64,000 nucleotides of DNA. It comes from an uncultured delta proteobacterium. Lineage in GTDB: Bacteria; Myxococcota_A; Polyangia; Polyangiales; Polyangiaceae. The DNA lies in the NCBI GenBank assembly GCA_963782055.1, contig CAWAIF010000003.1, forward strand, positions 3,360,001 to 3,424,000, in the 5' to 3' direction. Below, one piece after another: positions 41,970 to 51,756 of the stretch (within the stretch, counting starts at the first letter, position 1; each line of letters starts with the position of its first letter). Below the pieces are notes generated by a model. The model had not been told where the DNA came from and did no database searches. It saw nothing but the letters and a program-made list of their open reading frames with translations. The position numbers and the translations under genes were made by a program.

Positions 41970-42572
41970 ATGACTCGACGGCGAAAGTGGATGGCAGGGC
42001 TCGGCGCTCTACTGCTCGTAGGCGGCGCGGCAGGGCTCATCTTCGCGTGCGGCGGCAGCCTCGTGCAGCGGCCGGACGGCGGCAAGGGCCTGCTCCCGGT
42101 CGGGGCGTCCGCGCCAGACTTCACCGCCACGACGAAGGCGGGGGAGCCGGTGCGGCTCTCCTCGATGCACGGCGAGCCCGTCGTCGTCTACTTCTACCCC
42201 AAGGACGGCACCCCCGGCTGCACCAAGGAGGCGTGCTCCTTCCGTGACGCGTGGCAGAAGTACGCCGCGCACCACGTGGGGATCGTGGGCGTCTCGGCGG
42301 ACAGCGAGGAGAGCCACCGCAAGTTCGTCAAGGAGCACGATCTGCCGTTCCCGCTCGCCTCCGACGAGAGCGGAGCGATCGCGAAGAGCTACGGCGTGCC
42401 GCAGCACCTGGGCATGGACTCGCGCGTCTCCTTCTTGCTCACGGCCGACGGCAAGGTGGCGAAGGTGTGGCCGAGCGTGGACCCCGGCGTCCACGCCGAC
42501 GAGGTGCTGGCCGCCGCCGCCCCGCTCGCGCCCGCCCCCGCCGCTCCCGCGGCGAGCAGCGCCGCGCCGTAG
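41970..42572 (+). CDS. bcp: BCP/PrxQ peroxiredoxin with a lipoprotein-type signal
   Basis: YFYPKDGTPGCTKEAC and VGVSAD motifs. N-terminal hydrophobic stretch ending LIFAC. Confidence 0.85.
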   Translation: MTRRRKWMAGLGALLLVGGAAGLIFACGGSLVQRPDGGKGLLPVGASAPDFTATTKAGEPVRLSSMHGEPVVVYFYPKDGTPGCTKEACSFRDAWQKYAAHHVGIVGVSADSEESHRKFVKEHDLPFPLASDESGAIAKSYGVPQHLGMDSRVSFLLTADGKVAKVWPSVDPGVHADEVLAAAAPLAPAPAAPAASSAAP

Positions 42573-42645
42573 CTGTCGTGCACAAAAACGAAAGAGGCGC
42601 GACGTCCGCAGACGCCGCGCCTCTCCGTCCCCGTGGGTGGATCGC

Positions 42646-44238
42646 TCAGAGCTGGCAGACGCCGTTCGGGCTGGTGTACGTGAGGATCACCATCCCGCCG
42701 TTGCCGCCCTGTCCGGAGACCTTGCCTCCGGCGCCGACCGCGGCGCCGAGGGTGGTGGACTTCCAGGTGTTGGCGCCCACGCCGCCCGGCGTGGGTGTCG
42801 CGTTGGCCGCCGTCGCGCCGTTGCTCCCGCCAGCAGTCGGCTTCGCGCCGTTGCTGTTGTTGTAGCAAGCGCCGCCGCCGCCGCCGAAGCCCGCGCCGCC
42901 GCCGCCGCCGTTCCACACGGTGGCGCCAGCGCCGCCGGTGCCCGCGTTGCCACCGGCGGCCTTGGTCGTCCCGCCGGCCGTGCCGCCCTTCATGCTGGCG
43001 CCGCTACCGGCGCCGTTGACGCCGACGCCGCCCGTGTTGGTGCCGCCCGCCGCACCGGAGGACCCGGCGCCCAGGGCCTCTCCCCCGGCGCCGCCGAAGT
43101 AGCCGCTGCCGCCGCCGCCACCGTAGTCCCAGCCCCCGCCGCCGCCGCCGCCGCCCGAATACACGTCCAGCTGGGCGCCGGGGTCGATGCTGAACGTCCC
43201 GGTGACGATGGCCCCGCCAGCACCCGCGGTGACCGAGCCGCCTTCCTTGCCGCCGGCGCCTCCGGCGGCATAGGCCACCTCGGCGCTGGCGTTGACGATG
43301 CCGCTGCTCCCGCCGCCGCCGCCGGTCGACCAGTAGTTGATGCCGCCGCCGGCACCGCCGCCGCCGCCCGCCATCGCGTAGCTGACGGAGATGGAGACGT
43401 TGTAGGCGTTGGTCTCGCTGAGTGACGAGGTGACGACGGTGGTGCACTTGCCGTCGGGATCGGCGAGTCGCACGCAGGCACCCTCGCTGCAGGCATAGCC
43501 GTCGCCGCACTTCACGCCGCAGGCGCCGCAGTTCTGGTTGTCGCTCTGGATGTTCGCGCAGTACGGGTAATTGACCGTCTGGCCGGCGTCGGCGTCGGCG
43601 CCGCCATCATCCGAGGCGTCCGCCGAGGCGTCGTCTGCGGCATCGTTCGAGGCATCGTTCGAGGCGTCGCTCACCCCACCGTCGGGGGGGGCGGGCGTGT
43701 TGCAGAGCGTGAAGCCCACCTGGCAGGAGCCCGCGCACTGGCCCGCGCTGCAGACCTCACCGGCGCCACACGCAGTGCCGCACGAGCCGCAGTTGTTCGG
43801 GTCGGTCTGCGTGTCGACGCACGTGTCGTTGCAGACCGTCTGCGACGCGCCGCAGGTGCTGGCGCACTTGCCGGCCGCGCACACCTGGCCCGCCGCACAC
43901 GCGCTGCCGCAGGAGCCGCAGTTCTGCGGATCGTTCTGGGTGTTGGTGCAGGACTGCCCGCACGCAGTCTCGCTGGAGCCGCAGCTCGTAGCGCACTGGC
44001 CCTGCGAGCACACCATGCCGGCGCTGCACGCCGTGCCGCATGCGCCGCAATTGGAGGGATCCTTCTGCAGGTTGGCGCACTCCGAGCCGCAGAGGCTCTG
44101 CGTGGAGGGGCAGACGCTCGCGTCGCCGCCGTTGCCGTTGTTGGCGTCGCTGGAGCAGCCCTCGACGGCGATGGCTCCCACGAGCCCGACCGCGCCTGCC
44201 ACGATGAGCGTGGACCAGTTTCTCAAGTGTCGAAGCAT
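42646..44238 (-). CDS. Cys-rich repeat (DPxNCGxCG) lipoprotein with a Gly-rich C-terminal domain
   Basis: AAGGAGG RBS, lipobox AVEGC, four D(P/N)xNCGxCGxxC repeats and a GGGGG-rich domain. Confidence 0.85.
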   Translation of the reverse strand: MLRHLRNWSTLIVAGAVGLVGAIAVEGCSSDANNGNGGDASVCPSTQSLCGSECANLQKDPSNCGACGTACSAGMVCSQGQCATSCGSSETACGQSCTNTQNDPQNCGSCGSACAAGQVCAAGKCASTCGASQTVCNDTCVDTQTDPNNCGSCGTACGAGEVCSAGQCAGSCQVGFTLCNTPAPPDGGVSDASNDASNDAADDASADASDDGGADADAGQTVNYPYCANIQSDNQNCGACGVKCGDGYACSEGACVRLADPDGKCTTVVTSSLSETNAYNVSISVSYAMAGGGGGAGGGINYWSTGGGGGSSGIVNASAEVAYAAGGAGGKEGGSVTAGAGGAIVTGTFSIDPGAQLDVYSGGGGGGGGWDYGGGGGSGYFGGAGGEALGAGSSGAAGGTNTGGVGVNGAGSGASMKGGTAGGTTKAAGGNAGTGGAGATVWNGGGGGAGFGGGGGACYNNSNGAKPTAGGSNGATAANATPTPGGVGANTWKSTTLGAAVGAGGKVSGQGGNGGMVILTYTSPNGVCQL

Positions 44239-44424
44239 TCTTCCTCCTTGGGTAGATCGGCCACCCATAGACCCTGCGCCACGACATCACAAGCGGGAAC
44301 TGTGAGGCTTGCAGTCGCCGCGGCCAGTCAGAGGTCGAAATGCACGGCTTGCCGGCGCGAGTCGCAGCGGCTCTGCGGCACCTCGGGATGGACTCGCGCG
44401 CCCTCTGCCGTCACCCGGATCAGG

Positions 44425-44859
44425 TCACTTCGGCACGCAGACGTTGGGGACCGACGCGTCGTCGCCGAAGCCGGCGTCGCCTGGCAGGAACGCGGTCCCG
44501 CAGGTGTAGTTGCACGGGCACGGATCGCCGCAGCCGCACACGTAGTACCGCAGGGTGCCGCTGAAGTTCTGCTCGATCCTGACGCGGGAGACGCCGGCGT
44601 CGCTGACGCAGGTCGTTGGGTCCTCGGTGAAGAGGCCGCCCTCGGCGGTCTTGCAGGCGGGGTCGCTCGCGGGGTCGATGGTGCCCGCGTCGGACGCGTC
44701 GGAGGCGCTGCCTGCGTCCCCGCCGTTACCGCCCGAGTCGGCGGTGGTGCCCGCGTCGGTCGTGGTGGTGGTGCTGTCGCTGCACGCGGAGCCGAGGGCG
44801 AGGGCACCCAGGAGCAGGCCGCCGAGTCCGATCCCGCCCGTGAGTCGCCATCGCGTCAT
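44425..44859 (-). CDS. Small Cys-rich lipoprotein
   Basis: Lipobox LGSAC, DAG/DSG linker, CGCGDPCPCNYTC motif. Confidence 0.75.
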   Translation of the reverse strand: MTRWRLTGGIGLGGLLLGALALGSACSDSTTTTTDAGTTADSGGNGGDAGSASDASDAGTIDPASDPACKTAEGGLFTEDPTTCVSDAGVSRVRIEQNFSGTLRYYVCGCGDPCPCNYTCGTAFLPGDAGFGDDASVPNVCVPK

Positions 44860-44928
44860 GTCGCCGAGCGTAGCAACGTCCAGCCCGCCCAGGAACCCAC
44901 CGCGAGCACCGACGCGAGAGGCGAGCCG

Positions 44929-46629
44929 CTACTTGCGCAGGTAGTCCCGCCCCATCTTCTCGAGGAACTCGTCGTACCGACCCCCGAAGTCGTCGAGCAC
45001 CGTGCAGTGCTGGTCCTCGGCGTTCTTGCCGTGCTGCAGCTCGATGACGCGGGTGCAGAGCTCGCCGACGAAGTGGCGGTCGTGGCTGACGACGACGACG
45101 GTGCCCTTGAAGAGGTTGAGGCCGTCGAGGAGGCCCTCGATGGACTCGATGTCCAGGTGGTTGGTGGGCTCGTCCAGCACCAGCACGTTGTGGCGCTGGA
45201 GCAGGAGCTTGCAGAGCAACAGGCGCGCGGCCTCGCCGCCGGAGAGCGACTCGGTCTGCTTGAGCGCTGCCTCGCCGGAGAAGAGCAGGCGCCCCATGAT
45301 GCTGCGAATGGCCTCCTGCGGCGCGTTCTTGTCGAACTGGTAGAGCCAGTCGAACGCGGTCATCCCCTTGGCACGCTCGCCGAGCGCCTCGTGGTGATCC
45401 TGGGCGAAGTAGCCGACCGAGGTGTCGTGGCCCCAGCGGATCTCGCCCTTCTCCGCCTGGAGGGTCTCCTCCCTGGTCTCGGCGTCGACGCCGGGGGAGC
45501 CGCCCACCATCAGCTTGAGGAGCGTCGACTTGCCGATGCCGTTCGGCCCGATGACGGCGACCTTGTCGCCCCGGTTCACATTGAGCGAGGCGCCCTCGAA
45601 GATGCGCTTGCGGCTGCCGTCGGGCTGGTCGAACCCCTTGACGATGTCCGTCATGCGCAGCACGTCGCGGCCGCTGGGCTTGTCGATCTCGAAGCGGATG
45701 AACGGCCGCACCAGGCTGGTGCGCTTGCTCCCGCGCGCCTCGATCTGCTCCTCCAGCTTCTCGATCTGCTTGAGGCGGCTCTGCGCCTGGCTGCTCTTGG
45801 ACTTGTGCGCGCCGAAGCGCTGCACGAAGCCCTTCAGCTCGCCCACCTTCTTCTGCGCGGCGGCGTTCTGCGCGTCGGCGCGCTGCTTCTGCTCGTACTT
45901 CTGCTCGACGAAGTCGTCGTAGCCGCCGGTGTAGATGGTGATGGTGCGGTAGTCGATGTCGGCGATGTGCGTCGCGACGGCGTTGAGGAAGTGGCGGTCG
46001 TGGGAGACGCACACCAGGGTGCCGCGGTACTCGTCGATGAGGAAGCGCTCCAGCCAGCGGATGGACTCCAGGTCGAGGTGGTTCGTCGGCTCGTCGAGCA
46101 GCAGCACGTCCGGGTTGCCGAAGAGCACCTGCGCGATGAGCACGCGCAGCTTGTAGCCGGCGGGCAGGGTGCTCATGGCGTCGGTGTGCTTCTCGGCCGG
46201 GATGCCCAGGCCCTCCAGGAGCTTGGCGGCCTCCGGCTCGGCCATGTAGCCGTTCTCCTCGGCGATGACGCCCTCCAGCTCGCCCAGGCGCACGCCAATC
46301 TCGTCGGTGATCTCCCCGGCGAGCAGGCGCTCCTTCTCCTGCAGCACGTCCCAGAGCACCTTGTTGCCCATGAGCACGGTGTCGAGGATTCGCTCCTTGT
46401 CGTACTCGTAGTGGTTCTGCTTCAGCACGCCGAGGCGAAGCGACCCGGGGATCTCAATCGTCCCGGTGTCGGTGTCCTCGTCGCCGCCGAGCATCTTCAC
46501 GAGGGTGGACTTGCCGGCGCCGTTGGCCCCGGTCAGGCCGTAGCGTTTCCCGGGGTCGAACTGCATCGAGACGTTCTCGAAGAGGACCGTGGGACCGAAG
46601 CGCTTGGTGACCTTGTCGAGCAGAATCAC
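44929..46629 (-). CDS. ybiT: ABC-F ribosome-associated ATPase (YbiT-like)
   Basis: Two NBDs (GANGAGKS, GPNGIGKS), two LDEPTNHLD motifs, PAGYKLRVLIAQVLF, and no TM segments. Confidence 0.85.
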   Translation of the reverse strand: MILLDKVTKRFGPTVLFENVSMQFDPGKRYGLTGANGAGKSTLVKMLGGDEDTDTGTIEIPGSLRLGVLKQNHYEYDKERILDTVLMGNKVLWDVLQEKERLLAGEITDEIGVRLGELEGVIAEENGYMAEPEAAKLLEGLGIPAEKHTDAMSTLPAGYKLRVLIAQVLFGNPDVLLLDEPTNHLDLESIRWLERFLIDEYRGTLVCVSHDRHFLNAVATHIADIDYRTITIYTGGYDDFVEQKYEQKQRADAQNAAAQKKVGELKGFVQRFGAHKSKSSQAQSRLKQIEKLEEQIEARGSKRTSLVRPFIRFEIDKPSGRDVLRMTDIVKGFDQPDGSRKRIFEGASLNVNRGDKVAVIGPNGIGKSTLLKLMVGGSPGVDAETREETLQAEKGEIRWGHDTSVGYFAQDHHEALGERAKGMTAFDWLYQFDKNAPQEAIRSIMGRLLFSGEAALKQTESLSGGEAARLLLCKLLLQRHNVLVLDEPTNHLDIESIEGLLDGLNLFKGTVVVVSHDRHFVGELCTRVIELQHGKNAEDQHCTVLDDFGGRYDEFLEKMGRDYLRK

Positions 46630-46757
46630 GGGGTCGCGTGTGTAGCACACGAGGCTGCTCTTCGCACCGTGGCTGAGGCCACTGCGGCTCCGGTCGACCG
46701 GCGCCCGGCGCCCAAGGTCTTTTACCCATCAAGCATTTCGCCGTATCGTGGAAGACG

Positions 46758-49700
46758 ATGCGCGGCGCGTACGTCGGGGGGCTTCTGGACTTGCCCGGAC
46801 TCTCGGGCAACGACGAGCGTCGGGCGGTCTTCCGGCAGTCGATGGCGGAGCTCGCCCGGGCGTGCACCGAGGACGGGCCGGGCCCGCTGGAGGGCCTGCA
46901 CCCCGAGGCGGTGCTCTCCGGCGTGAAGGTCGCGCTCGCGGACGGGCTCTTCAATCGGCTGGACTGGCTGGCGCCGCCGGCGGCGGGCGCCGCCCTCTAC
47001 GAGGTGGCCTCCGCCATCCCGCTGGGCGCCGAGCAGCGCGAGCTCGGCCGGCACGTGCTCTCCTCAATGCTCGGCGGCAGCGCGGAGACCTTCGCCTCCA
47101 TCGCCACCCGCATGGCCCTCGGCAACGGCAAGGGGCTGGGCTCCCAGGGGGCGCGCGCCCGCGTCTCCTTGCTGGTGGAGCTGCCCATCGCCGCCGGCGT
47201 GGCCGACGGACCGCTGGCGCTGGCGCTGGTCGCGCGGCGGCAGCTGGTGCGCGACTTCGTCATCCGACCGTCGACCGAGTCGCTGCCCTCCCGGCGCCTG
47301 GCCGCGCGCCTGTTCGAGCGCGCCGCGCGCGAGGCGGCCCGGCGGGCGCAGCAGGGCGACTCGCACCCGCTGCGGGCCTTCGTCGCCGACGGCGTGAACG
47401 CGGCGTTCGAGCGGCTCCTCTTCGACCGCGAGCCGCTGGTGTGGCGGCACGTGGCCATCGCGCGGGGGCTGCTCGCGCCGTGGGTGACCGGCCACAACGA
47501 CGCCGTGGCCGGCGGCCTGGACACGAAGCTCTCGCCCACCGAGTGGCGGCGCGCCGCGACGAGCATCGCGGCCATGACGGCGGTGAGCCCGGAGGAGGCG
47601 CAACGGTTGACTCGTCAACTGTTCGGCGCGGCGGGCGTCTTCGAGCGCGACCGCGGCGCGGCGAGCGCCTTCGTGTGGGGCCTCGGGCGCGCGGCGGAGG
47701 CGGAGCCCGACGCCGCGGGGGAGGCGCTGGCCGACGTGGTGGAGCGCGCCCCGATGGAGGTCGCCGAGGCGGTGGCGGAGCTGGGGACCGAGTACGGCGC
47801 GGCGGCGGCGTTCGAGCGGCCCATCACCCGCCTGCTGGCGCACCTGCGCACCGCACCCGCCGCGCAGGGCGGGGACGACGGGCAGGCCGTGCTGCTGCGC
47901 GAGGTCATGACGGACATCGAGCGCATCCCCCGCCGGCGGGTCTCCCTCTCCGACGCCGAGCCGGTCGCCCAGGACGGGCCGCTGCGCGTGCAGGTGCAGC
48001 GGGCGCTGGACGCCTTCGCCGCCGAGGGCGCGCGCGCCGCGTACGGCATGGCGAAGGAGGCGCTCTCGTCCATGAGCGGGGCGATCGACACGCTGCTCGC
48101 CGTCGCCGAGGAGGAGACGAGCGACGACCAGGCGGGCGCGCTCGCGCGTCGCACCGCGCTCTCGGTGCTGCGCGACGTCGACGCCAGCCTGCTCGAGCGC
48201 GGCACGCTGCTCGAGCTGCTGCGCCTGGGCCCCGTCGCCGGCGACGTGCGCGGGCACGAGGACGCCGTGGACGCCGCCCGCGAGACCATCGCCGAGTGGA
48301 TCCTCGCCCGCGACGCGGAGGTGCCCGCCGCCAAGGTGGACGCGCACCGCACGCTGCGGATGCGCCGGCTGCGCGCGCTCTTGCACCTGGTGGACAGCGA
48401 CGTGGGCGACGAAGACCCCGCGCGCGCGGCGAAGCTGCGCCGCCGCTTCTCCCGCGTGGCGGCGGTGCTGCTCGGCCGCCTGGAGAAGGGCGTCCCGCCG
48501 TCGCTCCGACGCGCCACCTCCGCCGCGCTGGCGCGCGCCCTCGACGCCCTGGTGCGCGCGCAGGCGCTGGACCCGGCCGACGCGCTCTTGCAGGTGGCGC
48601 GCGTCATCGTGGACCCGGCGGAGTACCAGGTGCTGGCCGAGGCCTCGATGGACCCCGAGCTGCGCCACGCCTTCTCGCGCTACGCGGCGTTCGTCGGGGC
48701 ATGGTCGGACCCCGGGCTGGGCGGTCAGGACCGCGTCCGGGCGATGCTGGAGGCCTTCGAGGCCTGGACCGAAGACCTCTTCGTCGACCCCTCCAGCCGC
48801 GCGGAGGCGGTCCGCACGATGATGGTGCGCATCCACCAGGCGCTGCGTGTCGTCGCCGAGACGCCGTCGCTGGTGGGGCTGTGCAGCGAGGGGGAGACCG
48901 AGCCGGACGTGCTCGCGTCGATGGAGTCCTCGCTGCTGTCGCTCGGTCAGCTCACCGTGGGCTCGCGCGCGCGACTGATGGCGGACCCGGTGCGCACCGT
49001 GCCCGCGCACGCCGGCGCCTCCATCGCCATCGCGACCTCTCGCGTGCTCTCCGGCGCCGAGCCGGAGCTGGACGAGCGCGTCTTCGACGCCAGCGTGGCC
49101 GAGCTGGTGCGGGAGGTGCCGCGCGCGGTGGCGGTCGTCGTGCGCGAGTGCCTGGCGCGCCTCCCCGGCCTGCCGCGTCGCGCCGCCGAGATGTCCGGCG
49201 CGGTGCGCGTGAGCGAGCAGCTCCCGCCCTGGCTGCCCGCCCGGCGCACCCTCGGCGGCTTCTACGTCATCCGCGCCCTCGGCAGCGGCGCGGTGGGCAG
49301 CGTGTTCGTCGTGTGCCGCGTGGAGGAGCGCCACGACAATCAGGCCGAGCACTTCGCCCTCAAGGTGCCGGACTACTCCGGTGGCGCGGCGCGCAGCGTC
49401 TCGGAGACGGAGTTCCTCCAGATGTTCCGGCAGGAGGCGTCGGCGCTCATGTCGCTGCCCGCGCACAAAAACCTCGCCAACTTCGTCACCTTCGACACGG
49501 CCGCCCGGCCGAAGCCCATCCTGGTGATGGAGCTGGTCGAGGGCACGACGCTGGAGCACGTCATCGAGTCGCGCGCCATGACGACCGCCCGCGGCCTCCA
49601 GGTCCTCGATGACGTGCTCGCCGGGCTGGAGGCGATGCACGCGGTGGACGTCGGCCACCTGGACCTCAAGCCCTCCAACGTGATGCTCCGCGGCGGGCAC

Positions 49701-50114
49701 GAGGCTGTGCTCGTGGACTTCGGCCTCGCCGGCCGCCACATCCGGCCGGGGTGCGCCACAGGCCCGTACGGCGCGCCCGAGGTGTGGGGGGCGGAGGTGC
49801 CGGGCGCCAAGCCCACGCCGGCCAAGGCGGACGTCTACGCCTTCGGCTGCCTGGCGTTCGAGGCGCTGACGGGTCAAACCCTCTTCATGGCCGACAACGA
49901 GCTCGCGCAGATCTCGATGCACCTGGCGCACGACGGCTTCCCCGACAAGCTGCGCGGCCTGGCGGCGCGGCCGGAGCTGCAGCCCCTGGCCGAGCTGCTC
50001 TTCTCCACCCTCCGGCGGGATCCCGCGAAGCGCCCTGTCGCTGCCACCCTCCGCGCCGAGCTGCGCAAGCTCGGGCCCAGCCTGGCGCAGGCGCGCTGGC
50101 CGCTGGGGGCGTGA
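46758..50114 (+). CDS. Large protein with ~830 aa helical N-terminus and a C-terminal non-RD Ser/Thr kinase domain
   Basis: LGSGAVGSVF, FALK, HLDLKPSN, DFG, YGAPE and DVYAFG motifs. Confidence 0.85.
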   Translation: MRGAYVGGLLDLPGLSGNDERRAVFRQSMAELARACTEDGPGPLEGLHPEAVLSGVKVALADGLFNRLDWLAPPAAGAALYEVASAIPLGAEQRELGRHVLSSMLGGSAETFASIATRMALGNGKGLGSQGARARVSLLVELPIAAGVADGPLALALVARRQLVRDFVIRPSTESLPSRRLAARLFERAAREAARRAQQGDSHPLRAFVADGVNAAFERLLFDREPLVWRHVAIARGLLAPWVTGHNDAVAGGLDTKLSPTEWRRAATSIAAMTAVSPEEAQRLTRQLFGAAGVFERDRGAASAFVWGLGRAAEAEPDAAGEALADVVERAPMEVAEAVAELGTEYGAAAAFERPITRLLAHLRTAPAAQGGDDGQAVLLREVMTDIERIPRRRVSLSDAEPVAQDGPLRVQVQRALDAFAAEGARAAYGMAKEALSSMSGAIDTLLAVAEEETSDDQAGALARRTALSVLRDVDASLLERGTLLELLRLGPVAGDVRGHEDAVDAARETIAEWILARDAEVPAAKVDAHRTLRMRRLRALLHLVDSDVGDEDPARAAKLRRRFSRVAAVLLGRLEKGVPPSLRRATSAALARALDALVRAQALDPADALLQVARVIVDPAEYQVLAEASMDPELRHAFSRYAAFVGAWSDPGLGGQDRVRAMLEAFEAWTEDLFVDPSSRAEAVRTMMVRIHQALRVVAETPSLVGLCSEGETEPDVLASMESSLLSLGQLTVGSRARLMADPVRTVPAHAGASIAIATSRVLSGAEPELDERVFDASVAELVREVPRAVAVVVRECLARLPGLPRRAAEMSGAVRVSEQLPPWLPARRTLGGFYVIRALGSGAVGSVFVVCRVEERHDNQAEHFALKVPDYSGGAARSVSETEFLQMFRQEASALMSLPAHKNLANFVTFDTAARPKPILVMELVEGTTLEHVIESRAMTTARGLQVLDDVLAGLEAMHAVDVGHLDLKPSNVMLRGGHEAVLVDFGLAGRHIRPGCATGPYGAPEVWGAEVPGAKPTPAKADVYAFGCLAFEALTGQTLFMADNELAQISMHLAHDGFPDKLRGLAARPELQPLAELLFSTLRRDPAKRPVAATLRAELRKLGPSLAQARWPLGA

Positions 50115-50503
50115 GGGTGCCCTCCCCGCTCCTCGGCCCGCCGGACCCCGGCGGCGGCGATTGCGTTTCGTGCGGCCGGTGCTGCCACCACGGCCCGGAC
50201 ACCGTCCACCTGCTGGAGGAGGACGACGCGCGGCTGGGTCCCGATTTACTTGCAGAATACACCGTTCTGGATCGCCGCCCGCCCGGGTGGCGCTTCATGA
50301 AGAACGAGGGCTCTCGCTGCGGTGCGCTGGACGTCTCGGTGCCCGGGCGCTTCCCGTGCGCCGTCTACGAGCTCCGTCCGGAGGACTGCCGCATCGTGGA
50401 GCCCGGCTCGCCGTGCTGCCTGGAGGCGAGGCGGCTCGGCCACCTGGGCACCTCGGTGGCGTTTCGACGAACCCCTGCGCCGCGCGCGGCATCCCACGAG
50501 TGA
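50111..50503 (+). CDS. YkgJ-family CxxCxxCC cysteine-cluster protein
   Basis: DCVSCGRCC, RCGAL and CAVYELRPEDCR motifs. GTGA overlap with the kinase gene. Confidence 0.85.
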   Translation: MRVPSPLLGPPDPGGGDCVSCGRCCHHGPDTVHLLEEDDARLGPDLLAEYTVLDRRPPGWRFMKNEGSRCGALDVSVPGRFPCAVYELRPEDCRIVEPGSPCCLEARRLGHLGTSVAFRRTPAPRAASHE

Positions 50504-51357
50504 TGCGCGCCGCCCTGCTCCTGCTCCTGGCCCCGCTCCTGGCCCCCTGCGGCTGCGCCGGTCCGGTGGAGGCGATCAAGGTGGCCTCGCCCGGGGAGGC
50601 CTCGGGCGCCAACGGCACGCCGCTCCACGCGGTGGCCATCCTGCGCGGCGATCAGCGCGCCGGCCTCCCCGCCGAGGGCGTCACCGTGCAGGGGAACGAG
50701 GTGCTCATCGCGCGCCCGGGGACCTTCACCTACCGCCTGGATCCCGGCGAAGACGTCGGCGTCGACGAGCAGGGAAGGGTGGCGGCGGTACGCACCCCCG
50801 GCAACCCGCCGACCATCACGTACTTCGTCCCCGGCACCGCGGTGCACGTGGGCAACGAGGTGCGCGGGGAGCTGAAGGGGCACCAGGAGCACGTCCCGCT
50901 GCTCCCCTCCGACAAGCTGGAGATGCGCGGCACCTTCGCGCCGGGGGAGACGATCCCGCTCGGCGGCGAGGTGGAGGTGCAGCGCGCCTGGTCGGCGCTC
51001 ATCTTCGGCGGGTCGCTCTTCGCGCTCGGCTACATCCCGTCGGTCGCCGTCGCGGCCGGCTCCCCACACGATTACGACCGGATGCTCTACCTGCCGCTGT
51101 TCGGCCCGTGGGTGGACCTGGTGCAGCGCGACAACTGCACGCCGGACCCCATCGATCCCACCAAGTGCTTCGCCGACGGGACGGCGCGCATCGGCCTCAT
51201 CGTGGACGGCATCGTGCAGGACACCGGCCTGCTGCTGATGCTGGTGGGGCTGCCCAGCTACGCGGTCGTGGAGTGGGGGAAGAAGAAGCAGGCGCGGGTG
51301 CGTGTCGGGCCGACGTTCGGGCGGGTGAACGGCGTGGGCGTGCAGGGATCATTCTGA
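50503..51357 (+). CDS. Hypothetical exported/membrane protein
   Basis: Signal/lipobox-like N-terminus, C-terminal LYLPLFGPW hydrophobic hairpin, ends GVQGSF. Confidence 0.7.
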   Translation: MRAALLLLLAPLLAPCGCAGPVEAIKVASPGEASGANGTPLHAVAILRGDQRAGLPAEGVTVQGNEVLIARPGTFTYRLDPGEDVGVDEQGRVAAVRTPGNPPTITYFVPGTAVHVGNEVRGELKGHQEHVPLLPSDKLEMRGTFAPGETIPLGGEVEVQRAWSALIFGGSLFALGYIPSVAVAAGSPHDYDRMLYLPLFGPWVDLVQRDNCTPDPIDPTKCFADGTARIGLIVDGIVQDTGLLLMLVGLPSYAVVEWGKKKQARVRVGPTFGRVNGVGVQGSF

Positions 51358-51738
51358 GCCGCGACGGGTCAACGCGGTCGCCGCCTCCGTCTCGAGGAAG
51401 CGGAGGAGGGGCGCGCAGGCGTCGACGAGCTCGCTGGAGGTGGGGGCCTCGATGCGCAGGACCATCGGTTTGCCTCCCGGGGTGTGCGCGTCCTCGAAGG
51501 AGACGAGCACGCGGCGGGTGCGCAGGTCGATGGAGAGGGCGCGGAGGGCGACGCCGGGCTGTCGCGCGCAAAGCCAGGCGATCGCCGGCTCCGCGAGCCG
51601 GAACGCCTCGCGCGCCGGCTCGCCGCGGAGGTCGACGCCGGGCCCGGTGAAGGGACGGCTGGCGAGATCGGTCGCCGGCAACAGACGAACGTGGCCGTCG
51701 GCGAAGCGGAGCTTCACGGTGGCGAGCTGGCAGCGCAC
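51349..51738 (-). CDS. Hypothetical protein
   Basis: GTG start after a GAGGTGAGG RBS-like sequence. Protein-like composition. Confidence 0.6.
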   Translation of the reverse strand: MRCQLATVKLRFADGHVRLLPATDLASRPFTGPGVDLRGEPAREAFRLAEPAIAWLCARQPGVALRALSIDLRTRRVLVSFEDAHTPGGKPMVLRIEAPTSSELVDACAPLLRFLETEAATALTRRGSE

Positions 51739-51756
51739 CCCGGGCTGGCCCTCACC

